From an uncultured Dehalococcoidia bacterium (GTDB lineage: Bacteria; Chloroflexota; Dehalococcoidia; Lucifugimonadales; Australimonadaceae), in assembly GCA_964560025.1 (NCBI GenBank), contig CAZLKC010000007.1, positions 7,365 to 71,364 of the forward strand: DNA of 64,000 nucleotides, written 5' to 3'. The translations under genes and the position numbers were made by a program. Positions 8,360 through 17,103 of the stretch are shown in pieces. Below the pieces are notes generated by a model. That model saw nothing but the letters and a program-made list of their open reading frames with translations, did no database searches and was not told where the DNA came from. Each line of letters opens with the position of its first letter. Position 1 is the stretch's first letter.

Positions 8360-8394
8360 GGCGCGCGCCGGGGCGGCGCAAGCAAGGGGACGTT

Positions 8395-9303
8395 ATGGAG
8401 ATTGGCATCGTCGGCCTGGGGCGGATGGGGGGCAACATGGCGCTGCGCCTGCACGAGGGCGGGCACCGCGTGGCAGCCTACGACCGCGACCCCGACCAGC
8501 GCGATTCGTTCGGTAGCCGGGGGATGGCGCCGGTAGCGGCACTGGAGGACTTCCTCACCGAGTTGAAGCCGCCGCGCGTCGTGTGGGTGATGGTGCCGTC
8601 GGGCGCGCCGACGGAGAGCACAATCGCGGCGCTGGCCGAGGCGCTCGACCCGGGCGACCTGATCATCGACGGGGGCAACTCCAACTACAAAGACTCGCAG
8701 CGGCGGGGTCACGAGCTGCAAGCGGCGGGCATCCGCTTCGTGGACGCGGGCGTGAGCGGCGGCGTGTGGGGACTGGCCGAGGGATTCTGCCTGATGGTGG
8801 GGGGCGACGCAGACGCGGTGGCGCTCGCCGAACCGGCGTTCCGCACGCTTGCGCCGTCACCGACGGAGGGCTACGCGCACGTGGGGCCGCTGGGCGCGGG
8901 GCACTTCGTGAAGATGGTGCACAACGGCATCGAGTACGGCTTGATGCAGGCGTACGCCGAGGGGTTCGAACTGATGAGCGCGAAGGAGCAGTTCGGCCTC
9001 GACCTGCCGCAGATCGCGCAGTTGTGGCGGCACGGGAGCGTCGTCCGCTCGTGGTTGCTTGACCTGACGGCGCGCGCGCTGGAGGAAGACCCCGCCCTCT
9101 CGGGGTTGGAGCCTTACGTAGAGGATTCAGGCGAGGGGCGTTGGACGGTGGAGGAGTCGGTGGAGTTGGCGGTGCCGCTGCCCGTCATCTCGATAGCGTT
9201 GCAGGCGCGCTTCCAGTCGCGGCAGCAGGATCCGTTCGGGTTCAAGATGCTGGCGGCGATGCGGAACCAGTTCGGCGGTCACGCGGTGCGGCGGCGTCCG
9301 TGA
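8395..9303 (+). CDS. gnd: 6-phosphogluconate dehydrogenase (decarboxylating), short form
   Basis: MEIGIVGLGRMGGNMALRL...IIDGGNSNYKDS..R...L...GI.FVD.GVSGG..G...G...MVGG...HFVKMVHNGIEYG. Confidence 0.9.
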   Translation: MEIGIVGLGRMGGNMALRLHEGGHRVAAYDRDPDQRDSFGSRGMAPVAALEDFLTELKPPRVVWVMVPSGAPTESTIAALAEALDPGDLIIDGGNSNYKDSQRRGHELQAAGIRFVDAGVSGGVWGLAEGFCLMVGGDADAVALAEPAFRTLAPSPTEGYAHVGPLGAGHFVKMVHNGIEYGLMQAYAEGFELMSAKEQFGLDLPQIAQLWRHGSVVRSWLLDLTARALEEDPALSGLEPYVEDSGEGRWTVEESVELAVPLPVISIALQARFQSRQQDPFGFKMLAAMRNQFGGHAVRRRP

Positions 9304-10760
9304 GCGCGGCGCTCGTCATCTTCGGCGCCACCGGCGACCTCGCGCGGCGCAAGCTGCTTCCCGCCCTCTTCACGCTCCACTGCAAGCGCCTGCTGCCGGA
9401 CGACCTGCGCATCGTGGGTTTCGCGCGGGGCGAACTGACGCACGCGGACTATTGCGCCAACCTGTGGACGGGGATGGACGGCTACGCCGACCTGACGTGC
9501 CGGGGCGACGTTTGGCCGTCGTTCGCGGAGCGCGTCACGTTCGTCCAGGGCGACCTGGCGCGCGCGGAGGACGTGGCGCGGTTGGAGCGCACGCTCGCCG
9601 ACGCGGAGCGCGGCCAACGGGAGGCCAATCGCCTCTACTACCTCTCGATCGCGCCGCAGTTGTACGCGCCCGCCATCGCCGGCCTGCGCGCCAACGGGAT
9701 GCACGAGGAGCGCGGCGGCTGGCGGCGCGTCGTCGTCGAGAAGCCGTTCGGGCGCGACGGGGCGTCCGCCGCCGGGTTGGACGCGGCGCTGCACGCAGCG
9801 TTCGACGAGGAGCGCGTCTACCGCATCGACCACTACCTGGGGAAGGAGACGGTGCAGAACCTGCTGGTGCTGCGGTTCGCCAACGCCATCTTCGAGCCGG
9901 TGTGGGACAAGGCGCACGTCGACAACGTGCAGATAACGGTTGCGGAGCAGGTGGACGTGGGGACGCGGGCGGGCTACTACGACGCCTCGGGCGCGCTGCG
10001 CGATATGGCGCAGAACCACCTGTTGCAGTTGCTGACGCTCGTGGCGATGGAGCCTCCTGCCTCTATGGACGCGGGCGACCTGCACCGCGAGAAGGCGCGG
10101 ACGCTCGCGGCAGTGCGGCGTTGGCGCACGCCGGGCGAGGCCGCCGCGAACGCCGTCGCCGGGCAGTACGACGGCTACGTGGAGGCGGAGGGGGTGGCGG
10201 CGGGTTCGAAGACGCCGACGTTCGCGGCGCTGCGCCTGTGCGTGGACACGCCGCGGTGGCAGGGCGTGCCCTTCCTTCTGCGGACGGGCAAGGCGATGGC
10301 GGTCAAGTCCACCGAGATAGCCGTGCAGTTCCGCGCTCCGCCGCGCTCGCTCGTCAACCTCGGCGGCGGCGCGCCGCAGGCGAACCGCCTGGGCCTGTGC
10401 ATTCAGCCGCACGAGGGCGTGCACCTGCGCTTTCAGGTCAAGACGCCGGGGCCGGGCGCGGAGGCGAGCGCGCGCGACCTCGAGTTCCACTACGCGCGGG
10501 CGTTCCCGGATCAGAGCATCCCGGAGGCGTACGAGCGGCTGCTGCAAGACGCGCTGGCGGGCGACCGCGCGTTGTTCATCCCCGCCGAGCAGATACGCGA
10601 GGCGTGGGAGATTGTGGATCCGCTGCTGGCCGCGTGGGAGGCGCCGGACGCGGCGCGTCCTCACCCCTACCCTCGCGGCTCGTGGGGCCCTGAGGCGGCG
10701 GACGCGCTCGCCGCCGAGACGGGGCACGCGTGGCTGACCACCTGCGGCGAGCACGAATAG
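9300..10760 (+). CDS. zwf: Glucose-6-phosphate 1-dehydrogenase
   Basis: GTG 9300 overlaps the gnd stop (GTGA). Motifs: LVIFGATGDLARRKLLPALF, RIDHYLGKE.VQNLLVLRFAN, and the C-terminal PYPRGSWGP. Confidence 0.92.
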   Translation: MSAALVIFGATGDLARRKLLPALFTLHCKRLLPDDLRIVGFARGELTHADYCANLWTGMDGYADLTCRGDVWPSFAERVTFVQGDLARAEDVARLERTLADAERGQREANRLYYLSIAPQLYAPAIAGLRANGMHEERGGWRRVVVEKPFGRDGASAAGLDAALHAAFDEERVYRIDHYLGKETVQNLLVLRFANAIFEPVWDKAHVDNVQITVAEQVDVGTRAGYYDASGALRDMAQNHLLQLLTLVAMEPPASMDAGDLHREKARTLAAVRRWRTPGEAAANAVAGQYDGYVEAEGVAAGSKTPTFAALRLCVDTPRWQGVPFLLRTGKAMAVKSTEIAVQFRAPPRSLVNLGGGAPQANRLGLCIQPHEGVHLRFQVKTPGPGAEASARDLEFHYARAFPDQSIPEAYERLLQDALAGDRALFIPAEQIREAWEIVDPLLAAWEAPDAARPHPYPRGSWGPEAADALAAETGHAWLTTCGEHE

Positions 10761-10786
10761 GGGACAAAGTCCGCCCCACCTACGCC

Positions 10787-10860
10787 GCCGTGCCGTAGGG
10801 GGCTGGTCTTGCGGTTGCGGGGCATTGCGCGTCGAGGTTCCTGCCGCCGCAGGAACGACG
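10787..10860 (+). repeat. Intergenic repeat: module D plus module B hairpin
   Basis: ...ggctggtcttgcggttgcggggcattgcgcgtcgaggttcctgccgccgcaggaacgacg; 8-bp stem gttcctgc/gcaggaac with loop cgcc. Confidence 0.8.
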
Positions 10861-10869
10861 ATATATGGC

Positions 10870-11193
10870 CTAGCCGCTCTCCTCGACGAGGACGGCGGTG
10901 CCGTAGGCGAGGAGTTCGGAGGCGCCGTTCATCACGCTGGAGGTTACGTAGCGGAGGCCGACGACGGCGTTGGCGCCGAGTTGCTCGGCCTGGGCCTCCA
11001 TGCGGCCGGTGGCCTCGGTGCGCGCCTCGGTGAGCAGGTTGGTGTACTCGGTGATCTCGCCGCCGATGATGTTCTTGAATCCGGCCATGAAGTCGCGGCC
11101 GATGTTGCGGGCGCGCACGGTGTTGCCTCGCACGAGGCCGAGGGTCTTGGTGATGCGCATCCCGTCGATCTGGTCGCTGGTCGCAAGCAGCAT
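10870..11193 (-). CDS. YbjQ-family (UPF0145) heavy-metal-binding-domain protein
   Basis: 107 aa: ...GLVRGNTVRARNIGRDFMAGFKNIIGGEI.EYT.LL.EAR.EA..RM...A..LGANAVVGLRY is the typical UPF0145 pattern. Confidence 0.85.
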   Translation of the reverse strand: MLLATSDQIDGMRITKTLGLVRGNTVRARNIGRDFMAGFKNIIGGEITEYTNLLTEARTEATGRMEAQAEQLGANAVVGLRYVTSSVMNGASELLAYGTAVLVEESG

Positions 11194-11263
11194 GGCTGCC
11201 TCCTCGTCGGTCTTGGGTGGTCGGAGCGCTGCCTACCATAGCACCCCACGCGGGGGCGGGAGC

Positions 11264-11345
11264 GTTCGACCTTCGATTTCCCTCAGGCCGAACGGGGTGG
11301 GGCGCCCTCTCCGTCGTTCTCGCGGAGGCGAGAACCTCGACGGCG
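11264..11345. repeat. Intergenic repeat: module A (forward) followed by the only reverse-oriented module B copy (TC/GA variant)
   Basis: gttcgaccttcgatttccctcaggccgaacgg (11264-11295); ccgtcgttctcgcggaggcgagaacctcgacgg (11311-11343) is the reverse complement of the 3111-3143 variant. Confidence 0.8.
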
Positions 11346-11475
11346 CAGTTCCCGAATTCGCCCGGGACTACCGGCGACAACCTCGCTCGTCTTCCCGCCC
11401 CCTCTGTGTGAACGGCGATCGCCTTTTCCCCGCGCCTGCATGCGTCGGGGTCGGTATTGCTGTCGCGGGCACCGA

Positions 11476-11590
11476 GCGTCGAGGTTCCTGCCTCCGCAGG
11501 AACGACGGAGAGGGGAGCAGGAACGACGGATAGAGGGCGGAACGACGGATAAGGGGCGGAACGACGGATAAGGGGCGGAACGACGGGCTA
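11476..11590 (+). repeat. Module B hairpin followed by five tandem ~19-21-bp units with core GGAACGACGG
   Basis: Core copies start at about 11499, 11520, 11539, 11558 and 11577. Units resemble GGAACGACGGATAAGGGGC. Confidence 0.85.
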
Positions 11591-11653
11591 GCGCACGGGG
11601 AGCGGGGCGATGCAAGGTTGCCGCGCCGCCGCCGAGCCCCTACCCTTGCGTGC

Positions 11654-13072
11654 ATGCCGCCGCTGCCTACCGACCCGGTCCGCATGACTATCGCGCAGAT
11701 GTCGCGCGCGATCCGGCGGCGGGCGCTGTCGCCGGTGGAGTTGGCGCAGGCGCACTTGGCGCGCATCGCGCAGTTGAACCCGCGCCTCAATGCCTACGTC
11801 GCCGTAACCGGCGAGCGCGCGCTTGCCGAGGCGCGGACGGCGGAGTCGGAGATCGCGTCGGGCGGCTGGCGCGGGCCGATGCACGGCGTGCCGTTCGCAT
11901 TGAAGGACCTGTACGACACGGCGGGCATCGTTACGGCGGGCGGGACGAAGGTGCTGGCGGAGCGCGTCCCCGAGCGCGACGCGACGGTTACGCGCAAGTT
12001 GCGCGAGGCAGGCGCGGTGCTGCTGGGCAAGACGAACACGCACGAGGCGGCCTACGGCGTAACTACGGACAATCCGCACTACGGGCGGACGCACAACCCT
12101 TGGAGCGCAGAGCGCATCCCCGGCGGTTCGAGCGGCGGCTCGGGGGCGGCGGTCGCGGCGCGGATGGCGCCGATGGGGATGGGCACGGACACGGGCGGCA
12201 GCATCCGCGACCCTGCGGCGCTGAACGGAGTGGTCGGCCTCAAGCCGACGTTCGGGCGCGTGAGCAAGGCGGGCGTGCTGCCCCTGTCGTGGCGCAACGA
12301 CCACGCAGGGCCGCTGACGCGCACCGTCGAGGACACGGCAATCGCGCTCGAGGCCATCGCGGGCTACGACCCGGACGACGCGTCGACGGTTCGCACGCCC
12401 GTGCCGCGCTACTCGCGCCAACTGGGGCGCGGCGCCGCAAGGCTGCGGGTGGGCGTTGCGCGGGCGTTCTTCTTCGACCATCTGCACGATGGGGTGCGCG
12501 CGGCGCTGGAGGAGGCGATCGGCGTGCTGCGCGGGCTGGGCTGCACGGTGCGCGAGGTGCGCGTCGGAGGGATGGAGGCGGGAGCGCATCATCTCCACGA
12601 TATGGTGCTGGCGGACGCGCAGGAGATCTACGCGCCCTTCCTGCCGGAGCGCCTCGGCGACTTCGGGGCGGACGTTGCGGGGCACTTGGCGACGCCCCCG
12701 CCGGACGGCGTGACGCTCGCGCGGGCGATGCGCGGGGCGGACGAGGTTTCGACCGAACTGCGTCGCGCGCTGGAGCAGGTGGACGTGCTCATCACGCCGA
12801 CGCTGCCCATCCCCGCGCCGCGTTTCGGCGAGGACGTAGTGGCATACGGGGGAGTCGAGGAGCCGACGCTGTTCGCGTTGAGCCGCTGCACTATCCCGTT
12901 CAACCTGTCGGGATTGCCCGCGCTGTCCGTCCCGTGCGGCTTCACGGCGGAGGGCTTGCCCGTAGGCATGCAGATCGTAGCGCGCCCATTCGACGAGGCA
13001 ACCGCGCTGCGCCTAGGCCACGCGTATCAGCGCGAGACGGGGTGGCATAAGACGGAGGCGGATGGGGTGTGA
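11654..13072 (+). CDS. Amidase (amidase-signature family, GatA-like)
   Basis: GPMHGVPFALKDLYDTAG..T.GG....GGSSGGSGAAVAA....MGMGTDTGGSIR.PAA..GVVGLKPT.GR.S is the AS-family signature. The start is uncertain (ATG 11654 or ATG 11684, MTIAQMSRAI...). Confidence 0.88.
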   Translation: MPPLPTDPVRMTIAQMSRAIRRRALSPVELAQAHLARIAQLNPRLNAYVAVTGERALAEARTAESEIASGGWRGPMHGVPFALKDLYDTAGIVTAGGTKVLAERVPERDATVTRKLREAGAVLLGKTNTHEAAYGVTTDNPHYGRTHNPWSAERIPGGSSGGSGAAVAARMAPMGMGTDTGGSIRDPAALNGVVGLKPTFGRVSKAGVLPLSWRNDHAGPLTRTVEDTAIALEAIAGYDPDDASTVRTPVPRYSRQLGRGAARLRVGVARAFFFDHLHDGVRAALEEAIGVLRGLGCTVREVRVGGMEAGAHHLHDMVLADAQEIYAPFLPERLGDFGADVAGHLATPPPDGVTLARAMRGADEVSTELRRALEQVDVLITPTLPIPAPRFGEDVVAYGGVEEPTLFALSRCTIPFNLSGLPALSVPCGFTAEGLPVGMQIVARPFDEATALRLGHAYQRETGWHKTEADGV

Positions 13073-13085
13073 GGGGGAAGCGAGG

Positions 13086-13114
13086 TTGCTTTGTCATTCA
13101 GAACGGCATAGCAT
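13086..13114 (+). promoter_or_regulatory. Candidate sigma70-type promoter for the GmrSD-like gene
   Basis: TTGCTT-17 nt-TAGCAT, with the -10 element ending 30 nt before ATG 13145. It sits in the AT-richer junction at the left edge of the islet. Confidence 0.3.
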
Positions 13115-13144
13115 TGTGGGACCTGGCTCATACGAGAAAGCATT

Positions 13145-15094
13145 ATGGAAATCGCCGCCATCCTTGCGTTCATTGACAATGGCCAAATGGCCTTACCACA
13201 GTTCCAGCGGGGCTACGTTTGGAACCGCGAGCAGATGCGAGGGTTGTTCGAATCGTTGTACAGGCGACATCCCGTAGGGGGCCTATTGGTCTGGCATGCC
13301 GATTCGGCATCGACTGCCCACCGCGGGGACAGCCAATTGGCGCCAGGGACTGTCAGACTGCTACTAGACGGTCAGCAGCGAATGACAACGCTGTACGGGA
13401 TCGTGCGTGGCAAACCGCCTACTTTCTTCGAGGGGCAGCGCGATTTGTTCTCCGGCCTCATGTTTCACGTCGAACGTGAAGAGTTCGAATTCTATCAGCC
13501 TGTCAAGATGCAAAACGATCCGTTGTGGATTAATGTGACTAACCTCATTCAGAATGGTATTGCTGATGACTTCAATACGTTGCACAGTCTAGATTTACAG
13601 CCAGAAGACATGAGCAAGTACATCAATCGTCTCAACGCCCTTCACAATATTACGAAAATTGATTTGCATATCGAAGATGTTGTCGGCTCAGATAAGTCGT
13701 TGGATGTTGTTGTTGGCATTTTCAATCGCGTTAACAGCGGCGGTACTAAGCTGTCTAAGGGCGACCTTGCGTTGGCCAATATATGCGCAGAATGGCCCGA
13801 TGCGCGCAATGAGATGAAGCAGGCATTGTGTGAATGGGCTAAGAAAGACTACTATTTCAATCTCGACTGGTTGTTGCGTTCGGTGAATGTCGTTCTAACT
13901 GGTGAAGCGCAGTTCAGATATCTTCGCGGCAAGGGTGCGGCAGAAATACAAGACGCGCTGAAACGAGCAAAGGATGGCATCAATGCTGTTCTCAATATGA
14001 TTGACGGCAATCTGGGACTCGACCACGACAGGGTGTTCTTCGGGCGCTTTGCCGTGCCTGTCATGGCGTACTATCTCGACCGGCACAGCGGGCCGCTCTC
14101 AGCCGAGGAGCGCGACAAGCTACTCTTTTGGTATGTCCAGGCCGGAATGTGGGGGCGTTTTTCTAGTGGTACCGAAAGCACCATCGACCAAGACCTCGAA
14201 GCGGTGAAGGGATCGGATTCATCGCTCGATAGCCTACTGGAACAGCTGCGGCTCTCCCGCAACGGGCTCCAGGTAGAGCCTGGTCATTTCACCGGCTGGA
14301 GTCTGGGAGCGCGATTCTATCCTATTCTTTACATGCTGACCCGAATGGGGGAAGCCAAGGACTGGGGCACGGGCGATCCTCTCAAGAAAGGGTTGTTGGG
14401 CAAGATGAGCCAGTTAGAGGTGCATCACATCTTCCCAAAGTCCCGGCTTTACGACGCTGGCCACTATCGTGCGGATGTGAACGCGCTAGCCAATTTCTGC
14501 TTCCTCACAAAGGAGACAAATCTCTCGATTAGCAACCGCTTGCCGGAGGACTACTTCCCCGAGGTAGAGACAAAGCACCCCGGCGCTCTCGCGTCACAGT
14601 GGGTCCCGACCGACCCTGAATTGTGGAAGTTGGAGAATTACTCCAGATTCCTCGAAGCCCGGCGCGAACTCCTAGCGGCCGAAACCAATCGTCGCCTAGA
14701 GAGCCTGCTGCACGGCGACACTCGCTGGTTCGAGAGCAGGTCGGCACCTGAGCCGGAGGCCGAGCCTGCGCTAGCGCCGCCCGGCGGCATCGCGAGCGAG
14801 GATGAGGAGGCCGTGTGCGAGGAGTTGAATGGATGGGTCGAGGCGCAGGGGCTTCCGCGCGGAGAGGTGGCGTTTGACTACACGGACACCGACAGCGGTG
14901 AGCAGCTTGCGGTGTTCGACCTCGCTTGGCCGGAGGGCGTGCAGACGGAACTCAGCCAGCCGGTGGCCGTGCTCCTCAACGAGGGCGCTGAGGTTCTCGC
15001 CATTGCCGCCAAGGCTGGGTATCGCTGCTTCACGGACGCGCAGGACTTTCGCACTTACGTCGAGCGCGAAATCAACCCCACCCCAAGCGAGTAG
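13145..15094 (+). CDS. GmrSD-like type IV restriction/defence protein (DUF262 ParB-like NTPase + DUF1524 HNH-like nuclease) with extra C-terminal domain
   Basis: N-terminus: LPQFQRGYVW and LLDGQQRMTTL (DUF262). Then EVHHIFPKS...NALANFCFLTKETNLSISN (DUF1524 His-Me finger). An acidic/Pro linker follows, then about 110 aa (EELNGWVEAQGLP...LAVFDLAWPEG...VAVLLNEG...). Most of the gene is clearly less GC-rich than its flanks. Confidence 0.85.
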   Translation: MEIAAILAFIDNGQMALPQFQRGYVWNREQMRGLFESLYRRHPVGGLLVWHADSASTAHRGDSQLAPGTVRLLLDGQQRMTTLYGIVRGKPPTFFEGQRDLFSGLMFHVEREEFEFYQPVKMQNDPLWINVTNLIQNGIADDFNTLHSLDLQPEDMSKYINRLNALHNITKIDLHIEDVVGSDKSLDVVVGIFNRVNSGGTKLSKGDLALANICAEWPDARNEMKQALCEWAKKDYYFNLDWLLRSVNVVLTGEAQFRYLRGKGAAEIQDALKRAKDGINAVLNMIDGNLGLDHDRVFFGRFAVPVMAYYLDRHSGPLSAEERDKLLFWYVQAGMWGRFSSGTESTIDQDLEAVKGSDSSLDSLLEQLRLSRNGLQVEPGHFTGWSLGARFYPILYMLTRMGEAKDWGTGDPLKKGLLGKMSQLEVHHIFPKSRLYDAGHYRADVNALANFCFLTKETNLSISNRLPEDYFPEVETKHPGALASQWVPTDPELWKLENYSRFLEARRELLAAETNRRLESLLHGDTRWFESRSAPEPEAEPALAPPGGIASEDEEAVCEELNGWVEAQGLPRGEVAFDYTDTDSGEQLAVFDLAWPEGVQTELSQPVAVLLNEGAEVLAIAAKAGYRCFTDAQDFRTYVEREINPTPSE

Positions 15095-15115
15095 GTCTTC
15101 GCCCCTGCCCGTTCC

Positions 15116-16867
15116 CTACCTAATGCGCACGTCTAGGACGGCGGCTTGGCCTTGTTTGACGCGGGCTAGGGCGCGTTTGAGGGAGGGGAGGACTTGGGCG
15201 GGGTCTTCTACGCGCTCGCCGTAGGCGCGGCAGGCTTGGACTAGCACGTCGTAGTCGGGGGAGGGGTCGATGTCCACGGCGACGTAGTTGTCGTTGCGGG
15301 GGCCTGCGCCGTCGGGGTACCACTTGTTCCACGAGTTGCGCGTGGCGTTGTGGGAAGAGTTGTTGTAGATGACGGTGAGGAAGGGGAGGCTGTACTTCTC
15401 GGCGGCCCAGAAGGCGGAGGTGGGGCGGGCGAAGATGAAGGCGCCGTCGCCCTCGAGGCAGACAACCGTCTTGTCGGGCGCGGCGAGTTTGACGCCGACG
15501 GAGGCGCCGAGGCCGTAGCCGAGGCTGGAGCCGCCGCTGCCAAAGACGGAGCCGGGCGCGCAGCGGTCGGTGTAGGCGTTGAAGGGGGCGCCGCCGGACA
15601 TGCCCTCGTTGACGACGATGGTGTCGTCGTCGAGCACCTGCTCGAGGCAGGCGGCGACGTAGAGGGGGTCGATGGGGCGCACGTGGGCGAGGGACTCCAC
15701 GCGCTCGTCAATCTCTGCGCGGCGGCGGCCGGCGTTGGCGCGGTAGCGTTCGTTGCGAGCGGCTATGCGCTCGCGGGCGGCGGGGGTGAGGCGCTCGCGC
15801 ACGGCGTCGAGCAGGAGGGGCAGCGCCTTGCGGGAGGCGGCGTGGATGAGCAGGTCGGCGGGGAAGGTCCAGAGCGGGATGGTGTCCTTGGAGGGGTCGA
15901 TGTCGATCCACCCTACCCTTGCTCCGGGCTCGAGCGTCTCCTCGTCGGGCACCCAGGGCACGTCGTGGTCGAGCACGAGGATGACATCGGCCTCGGAGAC
16001 GCCGGGCGCGCCGCAGGCCATCGCGTTGAGGAAGTGGCGCGTGGGCAGGTTGAGGCGGGTGTGGACGGCGCCCGCGACGGGCGCGCCGAGCGTCTCGGCC
16101 AGCTCGGTCAGCGTTGCGACGGCCTCGGGATGGCGGCCGGGCGTGCCCGCGATGATGAGGGGGCGCTCCGCCTCGACCAGCCATTCGGCGAGGGTCGCGA
16201 CGGCGTCGGGGTCGGGCGCGGGGGCGACGGGCTTGGCGTGGCGGGCGGCGGGAGGCAGGCGCAGTTCGTCCATCTCGGTCATCAGCAGTTCGCGGGGGAG
16301 GGTGAGGTAGACGGGGCCTGCGGGCTCGCTGCTCGCGACTTGGAACGCCTTCTGCACCACCCAGTTGAGGCTGTCGACGGTGCGGAGTTCGTAGTCCCAC
16401 TTGACGAAGGTGCGGACGATGCCGTGCTGGTCGAGTTGCTCTTGACCCCAGTGGATGACCATGTCCTTGGAGCCGGGGCGGGCGCCGCCGATGGTGATGG
16501 GGGCGCGTCCGGCGCAGACGATGACGCCGGAGCGGTCGCGCTGCACGTCGTGGTAGGCGCCGCCGATCTGCGCCGTGCCCGCGTCCACGTGCACGAGGAC
16601 GACCTGGGGGCGTCCCGTGACCTGGAAGTAGCCTTGGGCGGCGAACATCGCGGTTACTTCGTCGATGCAGAGGATGAGTTTAGGCGTGGGGCGCTCCTGC
16701 TCCATCATGCGGGCGACGGCCTCTTGGACGGGGAAGGTGTCGGTGCCGGAGTTGATGAAGAGGTACTCGACGCCATTGTGGACGAGCATCTCGACGAACG
16801 CCTCGGCGGCGTTGGCGACGGGGACGGCGCGGAGCGAGCGCGCTGCTGCGTCGGCGGCGGTTGGCAT
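15116..16867 (-). CDS. Thiamine-pyrophosphate-dependent enzyme (acetolactate synthase large-subunit family)
   Basis: Real part of track ORF 15116..17122, from ATG 16867 preceded by AGGAGG. Motifs: EAFVEMLVHNGVEYLFINSGTD, GAYHDVQ, GSSLGYGLGASVGVKLA.PDK.VVCLEGDGAF (TPP-binding motif). Confidence 0.88.
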   Translation of the reverse strand: MPTAADAAARSLRAVPVANAAEAFVEMLVHNGVEYLFINSGTDTFPVQEAVARMMEQERPTPKLILCIDEVTAMFAAQGYFQVTGRPQVVLVHVDAGTAQIGGAYHDVQRDRSGVIVCAGRAPITIGGARPGSKDMVIHWGQEQLDQHGIVRTFVKWDYELRTVDSLNWVVQKAFQVASSEPAGPVYLTLPRELLMTEMDELRLPPAARHAKPVAPAPDPDAVATLAEWLVEAERPLIIAGTPGRHPEAVATLTELAETLGAPVAGAVHTRLNLPTRHFLNAMACGAPGVSEADVILVLDHDVPWVPDEETLEPGARVGWIDIDPSKDTIPLWTFPADLLIHAASRKALPLLLDAVRERLTPAARERIAARNERYRANAGRRRAEIDERVESLAHVRPIDPLYVAACLEQVLDDDTIVVNEGMSGGAPFNAYTDRCAPGSVFGSGGSSLGYGLGASVGVKLAAPDKTVVCLEGDGAFIFARPTSAFWAAEKYSLPFLTVIYNNSSHNATRNSWNKWYPDGAGPRNDNYVAVDIDPSPDYDVLVQACRAYGERVEDPAQVLPSLKRALARVKQGQAAVLDVRIR

Positions 16868-16934
16868 AGGGCGCCTCCTGGCGGTGGGCGGTGTTCGCGG
16901 GGGAACCTTACCAGCGCAGGGGGATGGGGCGCGC

Positions 16935-17090
16935 GGGGGCGACCAGCAGGTCGCCCCTACAAGGCCTGCTCCACTCCGTCCCTGTGTCGTCGGGAGTGGT
17001 CTTTGGGTTGCGAGGCGCCGTACGTCGAGGTTCCTGCCTCCGCAGGAACGACGGAAGGAGAAGGCGGGAACGGCGGATATAAGAGCGGGG
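16935..17090 (+). repeat. Composite intergenic repeat: module C hairpin, D, B hairpin, two tail units
   Basis: gggggcgaccagcaggtcgcccctacaagg; ccctgtgtcgtcgggagtggtctttgggttgcgagg; cgtacgtcgaggttcctgcctccgcaggaacgacgg; aaggagaaggcgggaacggcggatataagagcgggg. Confidence 0.85.
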
Positions 17091-17103
17091 TATGATGCGG
17101 GGC

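Noticed and set aside
11499-11590. A tandem repeat array that might be taken for a small CRISPR array
   Set aside because: The period is only 19-21 bp with no unique spacers between units. The units are reiterations of the 3' arm of the module-B hairpin, and no cas genes are in the window.
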